Part shown: piece after piece, positions 63,139-64,000 of the stretch
Layout: every line of letters begins with the position of its first letter
How positions within the stretch are numbered: position 1 is the first letter of the stretch
Source of the DNA: an uncultured Chloroflexia bacterium
GTDB taxonomy: Bacteria > Chloroflexota > UBA6077 > JACCZL01
Length of the DNA: 64,000 bases
Direction: 5' to 3'
NCBI GenBank assembly: GCA_963765765.1
Contig: CAVXYC010000023.1
Span: forward strand, 224,001 to 288,000
Notes under the pieces: model-generated
Database searches by the model: none
The model's input: the letters and a program-made list of their open reading frames with translations, nothing else
Told to the model about the DNA's origin: nothing
Translations under genes and position numbers: made by a program

Positions 63139-64000
63139 TTAGAGGATTGGCTTCAATTCGTCGCGCAATGATTGGGGCATTGACACGATGTCGCGCACGG
63201 CAGTCTCGATCTCCTGGCCCGATCGTGGAGTGAGAAGCAGATTTAGACGCTCGGCGTCGGCCACGGCTTCAGGGTCAACAAGTGCTTGAGCGAATGCCTG
63301 ACGCATTGCCAGGAAGCGATCACGCGGCACTTCAGGCGCCATGGCGTATGGAGGCTGGAACGCCAGTGGGACAGATAGTATGCGCTGCAAGGTCCGCTGC
63401 TCCGGGGTTTTTGAGAAATCCAGGGCATTGGGCACGCCGCGTAAGTAGGGGTGATCAGGAGGGTTCTCTCCGGTCACTGCAAGAACTCTTAAGGCCGGTG
63501 TGGGTCCTTCTAACCGCTCACGGTCCAGGGCGACCACTGCGCTGAAGGAGGGGCAGTACGCATCGATCTCGCCATTGTCGAAGGCCAGCCGTGCCTGGGC
63601 AAGAGTCGGGTAGCCGGCAACGAGCTTGAAGTTCGTTCCCACGAGCGCGTTGAGAGAGACCGGGAACTGATGATCACTGGACCCCTGTCCGAGGGTGCCT
63701 GTGGCAAGCTCTTTGCCACCTACGAGCTCAGAGAAGTTTTGCGCCACGCTGGAGCGAACCAGACAAGTGGAGCGATCCGCGTAAGCTGCGCCTAGCCATT
63801 GGAATTTGTCAGCAGCGAACTCTGCCCCTAGTGTGCCAGTGATCTGTTGCAGGAGCAGGCCTAGTGTGAAGCTGCCTACCACAGTGCCGTCCTTGGGCTC
63901 CGCAGTGTAGACCGTGTTGGCGGCGATCAGGCTGCCCGCGCCAGGGCGATTCTCCACGATCACCGTCGGATTTCCTGGGATGTGCTTTGGGATGTATCTG
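63139..64000 (-). CDS. tripartite tricarboxylate transporter substrate-binding protein (Bug/TctC), 5'-truncated
   Basis: HIPGNPTVIVENRPGAGSLIAAN.VY..PKDG; FKLVAGY; P.VP.DR. Confidence 0.9.
   Translation of the reverse strand, partial: RYIPKHIPGNPTVIVENRPGAGSLIAANTVYTAEPKDGTVVGSFTLGLLLQQITGTLGAEFAADKFQWLGAAYADRSTCLVRSSVAQNFSELVGGKELATGTLGQGSSDHQFPVSLNALVGTNFKLVAGYPTLAQARLAFDNGEIDAYCPSFSAVVALDRERLEGPTPALRVLAVTGENPPDHPYLRGVPNALDFSKTPEQRTLQRILSVPLAFQPPYAMAPEVPRDRFLAMRQAFAQALVDPEAVADAERLNLLLTPRSGQEIETAVRDIVSMPQSLRDELKPIL

Noticed and set aside
1-64000. CRISPR array, rRNA, tRNA, integrase or transposase
   Set aside because: No regularly spaced direct repeats, cloverleaf or recombinase motifs recognised by eye; a covariance-model search was not possible.

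Overview
A GC-rich bacterial chromosomal window. Gene content suggests Chloroflexota (inference only). At least 20 recognisable genes are broken by small indels, a pattern typical of unpolished long-read assembly, so I treat them as CDSs and not as true pseudogenes. The backbone is catabolic and transport related: three paralogous phthalate-4,5-dioxygenase-type Rieske oxygenases, VOC/extradiol enzymes, a dihydrodiol-dehydrogenase-like Gfo/Idh/MocA protein, hydrolases, an aldehyde dehydrogenase, several MFS and ABC solute-binding proteins, tmk and lgt. The top candidate for a new system is a minus-strand operon at 21.2-25.7 kb. There, a small Bell-like protein ends in a Gly/Val/Ser/Thr/Asn motif (GERSVAVGGSVQGSTIVTGDRN) that reappears at the N-terminus of the next gene (GDGSVTVSGDVVDSIIVTGDQN). 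That next gene is not an NLR but an apparently catalytically dead CHAT domain followed by a TM helix and TPRs, and a secreted protein lies downstream. Together these suggest a membrane-receptor type of bacterial amyloid signalling. Other accessory features: (1) a ~13.8 kb island bounded by a duplicated 3' end of a TolB-like gene, carrying a DyP peroxidase, a cyclase-wHTH-BTAD-ATPase-TPR regulator and a divergent ECF sigma factor with 11-bp-phased heptamers; (2) an R-M-like MTase plus PD-(D/E)xK pair; (3) three different REP-like doublets; (4) several orphan gene remnants. I recognised no rRNA, tRNA, CRISPR array, integrase or transposase.
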